Source: Escherichia coli (GTDB lineage Bacteria > Pseudomonadota > Gammaproteobacteria > Enterobacterales > Enterobacteriaceae). Taken from it: a DNA stretch of 64,000 nucleotides. Shown in pieces: positions 13,906-26,830 of this stretch. How positions within the stretch are numbered: the first letter of the stretch is position 1; the number at the start of each line of letters is the position of its first letter. The position numbers were made by a program, and so were the translations under genes. The stretch is taken from assembly GCF_002854065.1 (NCBI RefSeq), contig NZ_CP024147.1; one strand, given 5' to 3'. The notes under the pieces are model-generated. The model did not search any database and was not told the origin of the DNA. It saw only the letters and a list, made by a program, of their open reading frames with translations.

Positions 13906-15189
13906 ATGGAATCCCTGACGTTACAACCCATCGCTCGTGTCGATGGCACTATTAATCTGCCCGGTTCCAAGAGCGTTTCTAACCGCGCTTTATTGCTGGC
14001 GGCATTAGCACACGGCAAAACAGTATTAACCAATCTGCTGGATAGCGATGACGTGCGCCATATGCTGAATGCATTAGCAGCGTTAGGGGTAAGCTATACG
14101 CTTTCAGCCGATCGTACGCGTTGCGAAATTATCGGTAACGGCGGTCCATTACACGCAGAAGGTGCCCTGGAGTTGTTCCTCGGAAACGCCGGAACGGCAA
14201 TGCGCCCGCTGGCGGCAGCTCTTTGTCTGGGTAGCAATGATATTGTGCTGACCGGTGAGCCGCGTATGAAAGAGCGCCCGATTGGTCATCTGGTGGATGC
14301 GCTGCGCCTGGGCGGGGCGAAGATCATTTACCTGGAACAAGAAAATTATCCGCCGTTGCGTTTACAGGGCGGCTTTACTGGCGGCAACGTTGACGTTGAT
14401 GGCTCCGTTTCCAGCCAATTCCTCACCGCACTGTTAATGACTGCGCCTCTTGCGCCGGAAGATACGGTGATTCGTATTAAAGGCGATCTGGTTTCTAAAC
14501 CTTATATCGACATCACACTCAATCTGATGAAGACGTTTGGTGTTGAAATTGAAAATCAGCACTATCAACAATTTGTCGTAAAAGGCGGGCAGTCTTATCA
14601 GTCTCCGGGTACTTATTTGGTCGAAGGCGATGCATCTTCGGCTTCTTACTTTCTGGCAGCAGCAGCAATCAAAGGCGGCACTGTAAAAGTGACCGGTATT
14701 GGACGTAACAGTATGCAGGGTGATATTCGCTTTGCTGATGTGCTGGAAAAAATGGGCGCGACCATTTGCTGGGGCGATGATTATATTTCCTGCACGCGTG
14801 GTGAACTGAACGCTATTGATATGGATATGAACCATATTCCTGATGCGGCGATGACCATTGCCACGGCGGCGTTATTTGCAAAAGGCACCACCACGCTGCG
14901 CAATATCTATAACTGGCGTGTTAAAGAAACCGATCGCCTGTTTGCGATGGCAACAGAACTGCGTAAAGTCGGTGCGGAAGTAGAAGAGGGGCACGATTAC
15001 ATTCGTATCACTCCACCGGAAAAACTGAACTTTGCCGAGATCGCGACATACAATGATCACCGGATGGCGATGTGTTTCTCGCTGGTGGCGTTGTCAGATA
15101 CACCAGTGACGATTCTTGATCCCAAATGTACGGCCAAAACATTTCCGGATTATTTCGAGCAGCTGGCGCGGATTAGCCAGGCAGCCTGA
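13906..15189 (+). CDS. aroA: EPSP synthase (3-phosphoshikimate 1-carboxyvinyltransferase)
   Basis: 427-aa [38 protein letters not shown]... Confidence 0.95.
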   Translation: MESLTLQPIARVDGTINLPGSKSVSNRALLLAALAHGKTVLTNLLDSDDVRHMLNALAALGVSYTLSADRTRCEIIGNGGPLHAEGALELFLGNAGTAMRPLAAALCLGSNDIVLTGEPRMKERPIGHLVDALRLGGAKIIYLEQENYPPLRLQGGFTGGNVDVDGSVSSQFLTALLMTAPLAPEDTVIRIKGDLVSKPYIDITLNLMKTFGVEIENQHYQQFVVKGGQSYQSPGTYLVEGDASSASYFLAAAAIKGGTVKVTGIGRNSMQGDIRFADVLEKMGATICWGDDYISCTRGELNAIDMDMNHIPDAAMTIATAALFAKGTTTLRNIYNWRVKETDRLFAMATELRKVGAEVEEGHDYIRITPPEKLNFAEIATYNDHRMAMCFSLVALSDTPVTILDPKCTAKTFPDYFEQLARISQAA

Positions 15190-15228
15190 ATGAATAACGT
15201 CCAATAAATAGCCAAATCTTTCTTTATC

Positions 15229-15260
15229 AAAACGCCGGCACATTGCCGGCGTTTTTTTTC
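15229..15260 (+). terminator. intrinsic terminator after aroA
   Basis: AACGCCGGCA-cat-TGCCGGCGTT followed by TTTTTTT. Confidence 0.7.
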
Positions 15261-15357
15261 GGACCTTGTGAGTCATTTTGATTAATAGTAGCGTCGCTTG
15301 TCAATGTAAGTTGTTGATACATAATATTTATATATGATTAATCAACGGATGATTCAC

Positions 15358-16122
15358 ATGAAGAATACTAAATTACTGCTGGCGATTGCGACCTCTGCAG
15401 CATTACTGACAGGGTGTCAAAATACCCACGGTATTGATACCAATATGGCTATCAGCTCCGGTTTAAATGCCTATAAAGCAGCAACGTTAAGCGATGCCGA
15501 TGCAAAAGCGATTGCCAATCAGGGCTGTGCCGAAATGGACAGTGGCAATCAAGTCGCAAGTAAATCCAGCAAGTACGGTAAACGTCTGGCAAAAATCGCC
15601 AAAGCATTGGGTAACAATATTAATGGCACGCCGGTCAACTATAAGGTTTATATAACCAGCGACGTCAACGCATGGGCGATGGCGAACGGCTGTGTTCGTG
15701 TCTACAGTGGCCTGATGGACATGATGAATGACAACGAAATTGAAGGTGTTCTGGGCCATGAACTGGGCCACGTCGCGTTGGGTCACTCGCTGGCTGAAAT
15801 GAAAGCTTCTTATGCGATCGTTGCCGCACGCGATGCCATTTCAGCTACCAGCGGTGTGGCTTCCCAGCTTTCCCGCTCACAATTAGGTGATATCGCAGAA
15901 GGCGCTATCAATGCGAAATACTCCCGTGATAAAGAGTCCGAAGCAGATGATTTCTCCTTTGATCTGTTGAAGAAACGTGGCATCAGCACCCAGGGGCTGG
16001 TTGGCAGCTTTGAAAAACTGGCTAGCCTGGATGGCGGTCGCACCCAGTCCATGTTTGACTCTCACCCACCATCAACAGAGCGTGCGCAACACATCCGTGA
16101 TCGTATCGCCTCTGGTAAGTAA
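15358..16122 (+). CDS. ycaL: M48-family metalloprotease lipoprotein
   Basis: Start at MKNTKLLLAIATSAALLTGC (lipobox LTGC); HELGHVALGH zinc-binding motif. Confidence 0.8.
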   Translation: MKNTKLLLAIATSAALLTGCQNTHGIDTNMAISSGLNAYKAATLSDADAKAIANQGCAEMDSGNQVASKSSKYGKRLAKIAKALGNNINGTPVNYKVYITSDVNAWAMANGCVRVYSGLMDMMNDNEIEGVLGHELGHVALGHSLAEMKASYAIVAARDAISATSGVASQLSRSQLGDIAEGAINAKYSRDKESEADDFSFDLLKKRGISTQGLVGSFEKLASLDGGRTQSMFDSHPPSTERAQHIRDRIASGK

Positions 16123-16294
16123 ATCATTGTCATCTTTCGGGCTGGTCTTCTGCCAGCCCGCTATAATTGCGCAATAAATCCCCATCTGAATACAGACAAA
16201 ACTGGTTTTTGCACACAACGTTAACGATTTGTGGCGTCGGCGCGTATAATGCGCGCGGTTATGTTAACGGTACGCCTGTTTTAAGGAGATAAAG

Positions 16295-16978
16295 ATGACG
16301 GCAATTGCCCCGGTTATTACCATTGATGGCCCAAGCGGTGCAGGGAAAGGCACCTTGTGTAAGGCTATGGCGGAAGCGTTGCAATGGCATCTGCTGGACT
16401 CGGGTGCAATTTATCGCGTACTGGCACTAGCGGCATTACATCACCATGTTGATGTTGCTTCGGAAGATGCGCTGGTGCCGCTGGCATCCCATCTGGATGT
16501 ACGTTTTGTGTCGACCAATGGCAATCTGGAAGTGATCCTCGAAGGGGAAGATGTCAGCGGCGAAATTCGTACTCAGGAAGTGGCGAATGCTGCTTCACAA
16601 GTCGCGGCATTCCCACGCGTTCGTGAAGCATTATTGCGTCGCCAACGCGCGTTTCGCGAATTACCAGGCCTGATTGCCGATGGCCGCGACATGGGAACGG
16701 TGGTATTCCCTGATGCGCCAGTGAAAATTTTCCTTGACGCCTCCTCGGAAGAACGTGCGCATCGCCGCATGCTACAGTTGCAGGAGAAGGGCTTTAGTGT
16801 TAACTTTGAGCGCCTTTTGGCCGAGATCAAAGAACGCGACGACCGCGATCGTAACCGAGCGGTAGCGCCACTGGTTCCGGCAGCCGATGCTTTAGTGTTG
16901 GATTCCACCACCTTAAGCATTGAGCAAGTGATTGAAAAAGCGCTACAATACGCGCGCCAGAAATTGGCTCTCGCATAA
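16295..16978 (+). CDS. cmk: cytidylate kinase
   Basis: 227-aa ORF with P-loop GPSGAGKGT. Confidence 0.95.
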
Positions 16979-17088
16979 GCGACCGAATTTGCAGTACCCC
17001 CGTTGCAATGGAATGACAGCGGGTATGTTAAACAACCCCATCCGGCATGGAGCCAGGTGGACGTTAAATATAAACCTGAAGATTAAAC

Positions 17089-18762
17089 ATGACTGAATCT
17101 TTTGCTCAACTCTTTGAAGAGTCCTTAAAAGAAATCGAAACCCGCCCGGGTTCTATCGTTCGTGGCGTTGTTGTTGCTATCGACAAAGATGTAGTACTGG
17201 TTGACGCTGGTCTGAAATCTGAGTCCGCCATCCCGGCTGAGCAGTTCAAAAACGCCCAGGGCGAGCTGGAAATCCAGGTAGGTGACGAAGTTGACGTTGC
17301 TCTGGACGCAGTAGAAGACGGCTTCGGTGAAACTCTGCTGTCCCGTGAGAAAGCTAAACGTCACGAAGCCTGGATCACGCTGGAAAAAGCTTACGAAGAT
17401 GCTGAAACTGTTACCGGTGTTATCAACGGCAAAGTTAAGGGCGGCTTCACTGTTGAGCTGAACGGTATTCGTGCGTTCCTGCCAGGTTCTCTGGTAGACG
17501 TTCGTCCGGTGCGTGACACTCTGCACCTGGAAGGCAAAGAGCTTGAATTTAAAGTAATCAAGCTGGATCAGAAGCGCAACAACGTTGTTGTTTCTCGTCG
17601 TGCCGTTATCGAATCCGAAAACAGCGCAGAGCGCGATCAGCTGCTGGAAAACCTGCAGGAAGGCATGGAAGTTAAAGGTATCGTTAAGAACCTCACTGAC
17701 TACGGTGCATTCGTTGATCTGGGCGGCGTTGACGGCCTGCTGCACATCACTGACATGGCCTGGAAACGCGTTAAGCATCCGAGCGAAATCGTCAACGTGG
17801 GCGACGAAATCACTGTTAAAGTGCTGAAGTTCGACCGCGAACGTACCCGTGTATCCCTGGGCCTGAAACAGCTGGGCGAAGATCCGTGGGTAGCTATCGC
17901 TAAACGTTATCCGGAAGGTACCAAACTGACTGGTCGCGTGACCAACCTGACCGACTACGGCTGCTTCGTTGAAATCGAAGAAGGCGTTGAAGGCCTGGTA
18001 CACGTTTCCGAAATGGATTGGACCAACAAAAACATCCACCCGTCCAAAGTTGTTAACGTTGGCGATGTAGTGGAAGTTATGGTTCTGGATATCGACGAAG
18101 AACGTCGTCGTATCTCCCTGGGTCTGAAACAGTGCAAAGCTAACCCGTGGCAGCAGTTCGCGGAAACCCACAACAAGGGCGACCGTGTTGAAGGTAAAAT
18201 CAAGTCTATCACTGACTTCGGTATCTTCATCGGCCTGGACGGTGGCATCGACGGCCTGGTTCACCTGTCTGACATCTCCTGGAACGTTGCAGGCGAAGAA
18301 GCAGTTCGTGAATACAAAAAAGGTGACGAAATCGCTGCAGTTGTTCTGCAGGTTGACGCAGAACGTGAACGTATCTCCCTGGGCGTTAAACAGCTCGCAG
18401 AAGATCCGTTCAACAACTGGGTTGCTCTGAACAAGAAAGGCGCTATCGTAACCGGTAAAGTAACTGCAGTTGACGCTAAAGGCGCAACCGTAGAACTGGC
18501 TGACGGCGTTGAAGGTTACCTGCGTGCTTCTGAAGCATCCCGTGACCGCGTTGAAGACGCTACCCTGGTTCTGAGCGTTGGCGACGAAGTTGAAGCTAAA
18601 TTCACCGGCGTTGATCGTAAAAATCGCGCAATCAGCCTGTCTGTTCGTGCGAAAGACGAAGCTGACGAGAAAGATGCAATCGCAACTGTTAACAAACAGG
18701 AAGATGCAAACTTCTCCAACAACGCAATGGCTGAAGCTTTCAAAGCAGCTAAAGGCGAGTAA
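17089..18762 (+). CDS. rpsA: 30S ribosomal protein S1
   Basis: 557-aa ORF with repeated S1 domains; [26 protein letters not shown]... Confidence 0.95.
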
Positions 18763-18921
18763 TTCTCTGACTCTTCGGGATTTTTATTCCGAAGTTTGTT
18801 GAGTTTACTTGACAGATTGCAGGTTTCGTCCTGTAATCAAGCACTAAGGGCGGCTACGGCCGCCCTTAATCAATGCAGCAACAGCAGCCGCTTAATTTGC
18901 CCTTAAGGAACCGGAGGAATC

Positions 18922-19206
18922 ATGACCAAGTCAGAATTGATAGAAAGACTTGCCACCCAGCAATCGCACATTCCCGCCAAGACGGTTGAAGATGCAGTAA
19001 AAGAGATGCTGGAGCATATGGCCTCGACTCTTGCGCAGGGCGAGCGTATTGAAATCCGCGGTTTCGGCAGTTTCTCTTTGCACTACCGCGCACCACGTAC
19101 CGGACGTAATCCGAAGACTGGCGATAAAGTAGAACTGGAAGGAAAATACGTTCCTCACTTTAAACCTGGTAAAGAACTGCGCGATCGCGCCAATATTTAC
19201 GGTTAA
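18922..19206 (+). CDS. ihfB: integration host factor beta subunit
   Basis: 94-aa [32 protein letters not shown]... Confidence 0.95.
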
Positions 19207-19231
19207 GTTTTTACTCAAACTTGAACGCGAG

Positions 19232-19257
19232 AAAAGCACCTGTCGGGTGCTTTTTTC
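19232..19257 (+). terminator. intrinsic terminator after ihfB
   Basis: AAAAGCACC-tgtcg-GGTGCTTTTTT. Confidence 0.7.
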
Positions 19258-19412
19258 ATTTCTCTAATCTGGAACTGGAAGCTGCCTCGCAGAGTTTTGA
19301 GCAGTTTTCACCCTCTCGTTAAATTCTTCTGAATGTGCCTCGGGGAACGCAAAATTCCCACCAGACAACCGCTCAACAAAGTTGCACACTTTCCATAAAC
19401 AGGGAGGGGTGC

Positions 19413-21663
19413 ATGAAAATAACGACAGTCGGCGTATGCATAATTTGCGGAATTTTTCCGTTGCTGATTTTGCCCCAATTGCCTGGGACATTAACCCTTG
19501 CGTCTCTGACCGTCTTCGCCTGCGTACTGGTATTTATCCCTTTTAAAACCGTCCGTTATATCGCGCTGACGTTGCTGTTTTTCGTTTGGGGCATATTAGC
19601 AGCAAAGCAAATTTTGTGGGCAGGAGAAACCTTAACTGGCGCGACGCAGGATGCAATTGTTGAGATCACTGCTACTGACGGTATGACCACTCATTACGGT
19701 CAAATTACTCATCTACAAGGTCGACGTATATTCCCTGCGCCAGGCCTCGTGCTGTATGGCGAATATCTTCCGCAAGCGGTTTGTGCTGGACAACAATGGT
19801 CAATGAAACTCAAAGTTCGTGCCGTTCATGGTCAACTTAATGATGGCGGCTTTGATAGCCAGCGTTATGCCATTGCCCAGCATCAGCCGCTCACCGGCCG
19901 TTTTCTGCGGGCAAGTGTCATTGAACCGAATTGTAGCCTGCGTGCACAGTATCTGGCGTCACTACAAACAACGCTGCAACCCTATATGTCTTGGTTTAGG
20001 TATGGGGGAACGGTTATCCGTCCCTAAAGAAATCAAAAATATCATGCGTGATACTGGAACGGCGCATTTAATGGCGATATCGGGATTGCACATCGCTTTT
20101 GCGGCGTTGCTGGCTGCCGGACTCATTCGCAGTGGACAAATTTTTCTGCCTGGGCGCTGGATCCACTGGCAAATGCCATTAATTGGCGGAATCTGCTGTG
20201 CTGCTTTTTATGCCTGGCTGACGGGAATGCAACCTCCTGCATTGCGTACCGTTGTGGCGCTTGCTACGTGGGGAATGCTTAAGTTAAGTGGGCGACAGTG
20301 GAGTGGCTGGGATGTATGGATATGTTGTCTGGCGGCAATTTTGCTGATGGATCCTGTTGCCATTCTCTCGCAAAGTTTATGGCTCTCTGCCGCTGCGGTC
20401 GCGGCATTGATATTTTGGTATCAGTGGTTTCCCTGTCCTGAGTGGCAACTGCCGCCGGTATTGCGTGCAGTTGTTTCCCTCATTCATTTGCAACTGGGAA
20501 TCACACTTCTGCTTATGCCCGTGCAAATCGTCATATTTCATGGCATTAGTCTGACCTCGTTTATTGCAAATCTATTAGCAATTCCCTTGGTGACATTTAT
20601 CACGGTTCCGTTGATCCTCGCCGCGATGGTTGTGCATTTAAGCGGGCCGTTAATCCTGGAGCAAGGGTTATGGTTTCTTGCCGACCGGTCTTTGGCTTTA
20701 CTTTTCTGGGGGTTAAAGAGTTTGCCAGAAGGGTGGATCAACATTGCTGAACGTTGGCAATGGCTATTATTTTCCCCATGGTTCTTACTGGTGGTATGGC
20801 GATTAAACGCCTGGCGAACGTTGCCAGCAATGTGTGTGGCTGTAGGCTTGCTGATGTGCTGGCCGCTGTGGCAAAAACCTCGACCTGACGAGTGGCAAGT
20901 GTACATGCTTGATGTCGGGCAAGGGCTGGCAATGGTGATAGCCAGAAACGGCAAAGCGATTCTCTATGACACGGGACTGGCCTGGCCCGAAGGGGATAGT
21001 GGGCAACAACTGATTATCCCCTGGCTCCACTGGCATAATCTTGAACCGGAAGGCGTTATTCTGAGCCATGAACATCTGGATCACCGGGGAGGGCTGGATT
21101 CAATATTGCACACATGGCCGATGTTATGGATCAGAAGTCCGTTAAACTGGGAACATCATCAGCCCTGTGTGCGTGGCGAAGCGTGGCAATGGCAAGGATT
21201 GCGTTTCAGTGCGCACTGGCCTTTACAAGGTAGCAACGATAAAGGAAATAACCATTCCTGTGTGGTTAAGGTTGATGACGGGACGAATAGCATTCTTCTA
21301 ACCGGTGATATTGAAGCCCCAGCTGAACAAAAGATGCTAAGCCGTTACTGGCAGCAAGTGCAGGCAACATTGCTTCAGGTACCTCACCATGGCAGTAATA
21401 CCTCATCATCGTTGCCATTAATTCAGCGAGTGAATGGAAAAGTGGCATTCGCATCGGCATCGCGCTATAACGCATGGCGACTGCCCTCTAACAAAGTTAA
21501 GCATCGCTATCAACAGCAAGGTTATACGTGGCTTGATACTCCTCATCAGGGGCAAGTAACGGTCGATTTTTCAGCGCAAGGCTGGCGGATTAGCAGCCTC
21601 AGGGAGCAAATTTTACCTCGTTGGTATCATCAGTGGTTTGGCGTGCCAGTGGATAACAGGTAG
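19413..21663 (+). pseudogene. ycaI: ComEC/Rec2-family inner membrane protein, apparently frameshifted
   Basis: N-terminal part in one frame (ATG 19413 to TAA 20025-20027), remainder in the +1 frame (open to 21663) carrying ...LGLGMGERLSVPKE...TGTAHLMAISGLH and the metallo-beta-lactamase motif HEHLDHRGG; the two frames overlap around 19990-20027. Confidence 0.6.
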
Positions 21664-21699
21664 AATATGCGGCTATTTCAACAAATGCTGGTTTTTTGA

Positions 21700-23448
21700 A
21701 TGCATAACGACAAAGATCTCTCTACGTGGCAGACATTCCGCCGACTGTGGCCAACCATTGCGCCTTTTAAAGCGGGTCTGATCGTGGCGGGCGTAGCGTT
21801 AATCCTCAACGCAGCCAGCGATACCTTCATGTTATCGCTCCTTAAGCCACTTCTTGATGATGGCTTTGGTAAAACAGATCGCTCCGTGCTGGTGTGGATG
21901 CCGCTGGTGGTGATCGGGCTGATGATTTTGCGTGGTATCACCAGCTATGTCTCCAGCTACTGTATCTCCTGGGTATCAGGAAAGGTGGTAATGACCATGC
22001 GTCGCCGCCTGTTTGGTCACATGATGGGAATGCCGGTTTCATTCTTTGACAAACAGTCAACGGGTACGCTGTTGTCACGTATCACCTACGATTCCGAACA
22101 GGTTGCTTCTTCCTCTTCTGGCGCACTGATTACTGTTGTGCGTGAAGGTGCGTCGATCATCGGCCTGTTCATCATGATGTTCTATTACAGTTGGCAATTG
22201 TCGATCATTTTGATTGTGCTGGCACCGATTGTTTCGATTGCGATTCGCGTAGTATCGAAGCGTTTTCGCAACATCAGTAAAAACATGCAGAACACCATGG
22301 GGCAGGTGACCACCAGCGCTGAACAAATGCTGAAAGGCCATAAAGAAGTATTGATTTTCGGTGGTCAGGAAGTGGAAACGAAACGCTTCGATAAAGTCAG
22401 CAACCGAATGCGTCTTCAGGGGATGAAAATGGTTTCAGCCTCTTCCATCTCTGATCCGATCATTCAGCTGATCGCCTCTTTGGCGCTGGCGTTTGTTCTG
22501 TATGCGGCGAGCTTCCCAAGTGTCATGGATAGCCTGACTGCCGGTACGATTACCGTTGTTTTCTCTTCAATGATTGCACTGATGCGTCCGCTGAAATCGC
22601 TGACTAACGTTAACGCCCAGTTCCAGCGCGGTATGGCGGCTTGTCAGACGCTGTTTACCATTCTGGACAGTGAGCAGGAGAAAGACGAAGGTAAGCGCGT
22701 GATCGAGCGTGCGACTGGCGACGTGGAATTCCGCAATGTCACCTTTACTTATCCGGGACGTGACGTACCCGCCTTGCGTAACATCAACCTGAAAATTCCG
22801 GCAGGGAAGACGGTTGCTCTGGTTGGACGCTCTGGTTCAGGTAAATCAACCATCGCCAGCCTGATCACGCGTTTTTACGATATTGATGAAGGCGAAATCC
22901 TGATGGATGGTCACGATCTGCGCGAGTATACCTTGGCGTCGTTACGTAACCAGGTTGCTCTGGTGTCGCAGAATGTCCATCTGTTTAACGATACGGTTGC
23001 TAACAACATTGCTTACGCACGGACTGAACAGTACAGCCGTGAGCAAATTGAAGAAGCGGCGCGTATGGCCTACGCCATGGACTTCATCAATAAGATGGAT
23101 AACGGTCTCGATACAGTGATTGGTGAAAACGGCGTGCTGCTCTCTGGCGGTCAGCGTCAGCGTATTGCTATCGCTCGAGCCTTGCTGCGTGATAGCCCGA
23201 TTCTGATTCTGGATGAAGCTACCTCGGCTCTGGATACCGAATCCGAACGTGCGATTCAGGCGGCACTGGATGAGTTGCAGAAAAACCGTACCTCTCTGGT
23301 GATTGCCCACCGCTTGTCTACCATTGAAAAGGCAGACGAAATCGTGGTCGTCGAGGATGGTGTCATTGTGGAACGCGGTACGCATAACGATTTGCTTGAG
23401 CACCGCGGCGTTTACGCGCAACTTCACAAAATGCAGTTTGGCCAATGA
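21700..23448 (+). CDS. msbA: lipid A ABC exporter (flippase)
   Basis: 582-aa [27 protein letters not shown]...; Walker [13 protein letters not shown] signature LSGGQRQR. Confidence 0.95.
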   Translation: MHNDKDLSTWQTFRRLWPTIAPFKAGLIVAGVALILNAASDTFMLSLLKPLLDDGFGKTDRSVLVWMPLVVIGLMILRGITSYVSSYCISWVSGKVVMTMRRRLFGHMMGMPVSFFDKQSTGTLLSRITYDSEQVASSSSGALITVVREGASIIGLFIMMFYYSWQLSIILIVLAPIVSIAIRVVSKRFRNISKNMQNTMGQVTTSAEQMLKGHKEVLIFGGQEVETKRFDKVSNRMRLQGMKMVSASSISDPIIQLIASLALAFVLYAASFPSVMDSLTAGTITVVFSSMIALMRPLKSLTNVNAQFQRGMAACQTLFTILDSEQEKDEGKRVIERATGDVEFRNVTFTYPGRDVPALRNINLKIPAGKTVALVGRSGSGKSTIASLITRFYDIDEGEILMDGHDLREYTLASLRNQVALVSQNVHLFNDTVANNIAYARTEQYSREQIEEAARMAYAMDFINKMDNGLDTVIGENGVLLSGGQRQRIAIARALLRDSPILILDEATSALDTESERAIQAALDELQKNRTSLVIAHRLSTIEKADEIVVVEDGVIVERGTHNDLLEHRGVYAQLHKMQFGQ

Positions 23449-24431
23449 TCGAAAAAATCTGGTCTGGTGAATCCCCTTTGTGGCGGCTATTGCTGCCACT
23501 CTCCTGGTTGTATGGCCTGGTGAGTGGCGCGATCCGTCTTTGCTATAAACTAAAACTGAAGCGCGCCTGGCGTGCCCCCGTACCGGTTGTCGTGGTTGGT
23601 AATCTCACCGCAGGCGGCAACGGAAAAACCCCGGTCGTTGTCTGGCTGGTGGAACAGTTGCAACAGCGCGGTATTCGCGTGGGGGTCGTATCGCGGGGAT
23701 ATGGTGGTAAGGCTGAATCTTATCCGCTGTTATTGTCGGCAGATACCACCACAGCACAGGCGGGTGATGAACCTGTGTTGATTTATCAACGCACTGATGC
23801 GCCTGTTGCGGTTTCTCCCGTTCGTTCTGATGCGGTAAAAGCCATTCTGGCGCAACACCCTGATGTGCAGATCATCGTAACCGACGACGGTTTACAGCAT
23901 TACCGTCTGGCGCGTGATGTGGAAATTGTCGTTATTGATGGTGTGCGTCGCTTTGGCAATGGCTGGTGGTTGCCGGCGGGGCCAATGCGTGAGCGAGCGG
24001 GGCGCTTAAAGTCAGTTGATGCGGTAATCGTCAACGGCGGTGTCCCCCGCAGCGGTGAAATCCCCATGCATCTGCTGCCGGGTCAGGCGGTGAATTTACG
24101 TACCGGTACGCGTTGTGACGTTGCTCAGCTTGAACATGTGGTGGCGATGGCAGGGATTGGGCATCCGCCGCGCTTTTTTGCCACGCTGAAGATGTGCGGC
24201 GTACAACCGGAAAAATGTGTACCGCTGGCCGATCATCAGTCTTTGAACCATGCGGATGTCAGCGCGTTGGTAAGCACCGGGCAAACGCTGGTAATGACTG
24301 AAAAAGATGCGGTGAAATGCCGGGCCTTTGCAGAAGAAAATTGGTGGTATTTGCCCGTTGACGCACAGCTTTCAGGTGATGAACCAGCGAAACTGCTTGC
24401 GCAACTAACCTCGCTGGCTTCTGGCAACTAG
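23445..24431 (+). CDS. lpxK: tetraacyldisaccharide 4'-kinase
   Basis: 328-aa ORF overlapping the msbA stop by 4 nt; P-loop [12 protein letters not shown]. Confidence 0.9.
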   Translation: MIEKIWSGESPLWRLLLPLSWLYGLVSGAIRLCYKLKLKRAWRAPVPVVVVGNLTAGGNGKTPVVVWLVEQLQQRGIRVGVVSRGYGGKAESYPLLLSADTTTAQAGDEPVLIYQRTDAPVAVSPVRSDAVKAILAQHPDVQIIVTDDGLQHYRLARDVEIVVIDGVRRFGNGWWLPAGPMRERAGRLKSVDAVIVNGGVPRSGEIPMHLLPGQAVNLRTGTRCDVAQLEHVVAMAGIGHPPRFFATLKMCGVQPEKCVPLADHQSLNHADVSALVSTGQTLVMTEKDAVKCRAFAEENWWYLPVDAQLSGDEPAKLLAQLTSLASGN

Positions 24432-24467
24432 TTACGCCGCGGCAGCGTTCGATTGATGGAGTCATGA

Positions 24468-25700
24468 ATGTCGCTGCCGCACCTCTCCCTTGCTGATGCG
24501 CGTAATCTTCACCTTGCCGCACAAGGCCTGTTAAACAAACCCCGCCGTCGAGCGTCGTTGGAGGATATTCCGGCAACGATCTCCCGCATGTCCTTGCTGC
24601 AAATCGATACCATCAATATTGTTGCCCGTAGCCCATATCTGGTGCTTTTCAGTCGTCTGGGAAATTATCCTGCCCAGTGGCTGGATGAGTCTCTGGCGCG
24701 TGGCGAATTAATGGAATACTGGGCGCATGAAGCCTGCTTTATGCCACGCAGCGACTTTCGTCTTATTCGCCACCGCATGCTGGCACCTGAAAAAATGGGC
24801 TGGAAATACAAAGACGCCTGGATGCAGGAACATGAGGCGGAAATTGCACAGTTAATTCAGCATATTCATGATAAGGGGCCGGTACGTTCAGCCGATTTTG
24901 AGCATCCTCGTAAAGGTGCAAGCGGCTGGTGGGAATGGAAGCCGCATAAACGGCATCTGGAAGGTTTATTTACTGCCGGAAAGGTGATGGTGATTGAACG
25001 GCGCAACTTCCAGCGCGTTTATGATTTAACCCACCGTGTCATGCCTGACTGGGATGATGAGCGCGATCTCGTTTCGCAAACAGAAGCAGAAATCATCATG
25101 CTGGATAACAGTGCGCGTAGCCTGGGAATATTCCGCGAACAGTGGCTGGCAGATTACTATCGGCTGAAACGTCCGGCACTGGCGGCGTGGCGTGAAGCGA
25201 GGGCTGAACAGCAGCAAATCATTGCTGTGCATGTTGAAAAATTGGGCAATCTTTGGCTGCATGCTGATTTGCTGCCGCTACTCGAGCGAGCGCTGGCCGG
25301 AAAGCTCACTGCAACGCACAGCGCGGTACTTTCGCCTTTTGATCCTGTTGTCTGGGATCGCAAACGCGCAGAGCAGCTTTTTGATTTTAGCTACCGGCTG
25401 GAGTGCTATACCCCAGCGCCGAAACGCCAGTATGGCTATTTTGTTCTGCCGTTATTACATCGTGGGCAATTAGTTGGGCGAATGGATGCCAAAATGCATC
25501 GCCAGACAGGCATCCTTGAAGTTATCTCTCTGTGGTTACAGGAAGGTATTAAACCAACGACAACGCTGCAAAAAGGGTTACGTCAGGCGATTACTGATTT
25601 CGCTAACTGGCAGCAGGCAACGCGGGTGACATTAGGACACTGCCCGCAAGGTCTCTTTACGGATTGCCGCACCGGCTGGGAAATAGACCCCGTCGCATAA
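24468..25700 (+). CDS. ycaQ: winged-helix DNA glycosylase (interstrand crosslink repair)
   Basis: 410-aa ORF MSLPHLSLADARNLHLAAQGLLNKP..., recognised as YcaQ. Confidence 0.8.
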   Translation: MSLPHLSLADARNLHLAAQGLLNKPRRRASLEDIPATISRMSLLQIDTINIVARSPYLVLFSRLGNYPAQWLDESLARGELMEYWAHEACFMPRSDFRLIRHRMLAPEKMGWKYKDAWMQEHEAEIAQLIQHIHDKGPVRSADFEHPRKGASGWWEWKPHKRHLEGLFTAGKVMVIERRNFQRVYDLTHRVMPDWDDERDLVSQTEAEIIMLDNSARSLGIFREQWLADYYRLKRPALAAWREARAEQQQIIAVHVEKLGNLWLHADLLPLLERALAGKLTATHSAVLSPFDPVVWDRKRAEQLFDFSYRLECYTPAPKRQYGYFVLPLLHRGQLVGRMDAKMHRQTGILEVISLWLQEGIKPTTTLQKGLRQAITDFANWQQATRVTLGHCPQGLFTDCRTGWEIDPVA

Positions 25701-25751
25701 ATGATTATGATAAGATTTATGCATTCATAACCCGATCCATCTGGAGGAACT

Positions 25752-26677
<926 letters not shown>

Positions 26678-26830
26678 TTTCACTTCACGACACTCCAGCC
26701 AATTTTGGGAGGAGTGTCGTACCGTTACGATTTTCCTCAATTTTTCTTTTCAACAATTGATCTCATTCAGGTGACATCTTTTATATTGGCGCTCATTATG
26801 AAAGCAGTAGCTTTTATGAGGGTAATCTGA

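Noticed and set aside
13275-14033. 252-aa ORF on the minus strand spanning the serC-aroA junction
   Set aside because: Overlaps two well-supported plus-strand genes and their intergenic terminator.
16138-16160. Hairpin CGGGCTGG...CCAGCCCG after ycaL
   Set aside because: No downstream T-run, and it is immediately followed by a TATAAT-like element of the cmk/rpsA promoter region, so it is not called as a terminator.
17125-18264. 379-aa ORF on the minus strand
   Set aside because: Antisense to rpsA; same artefact class.
18847-18866. GC-rich hairpin AGGGCGGC-tacg-GCCGCCCT between rpsA and ihfB
   Set aside because: No T-run follows, so it is more likely leader or promoter structure for ihfB than a terminator.
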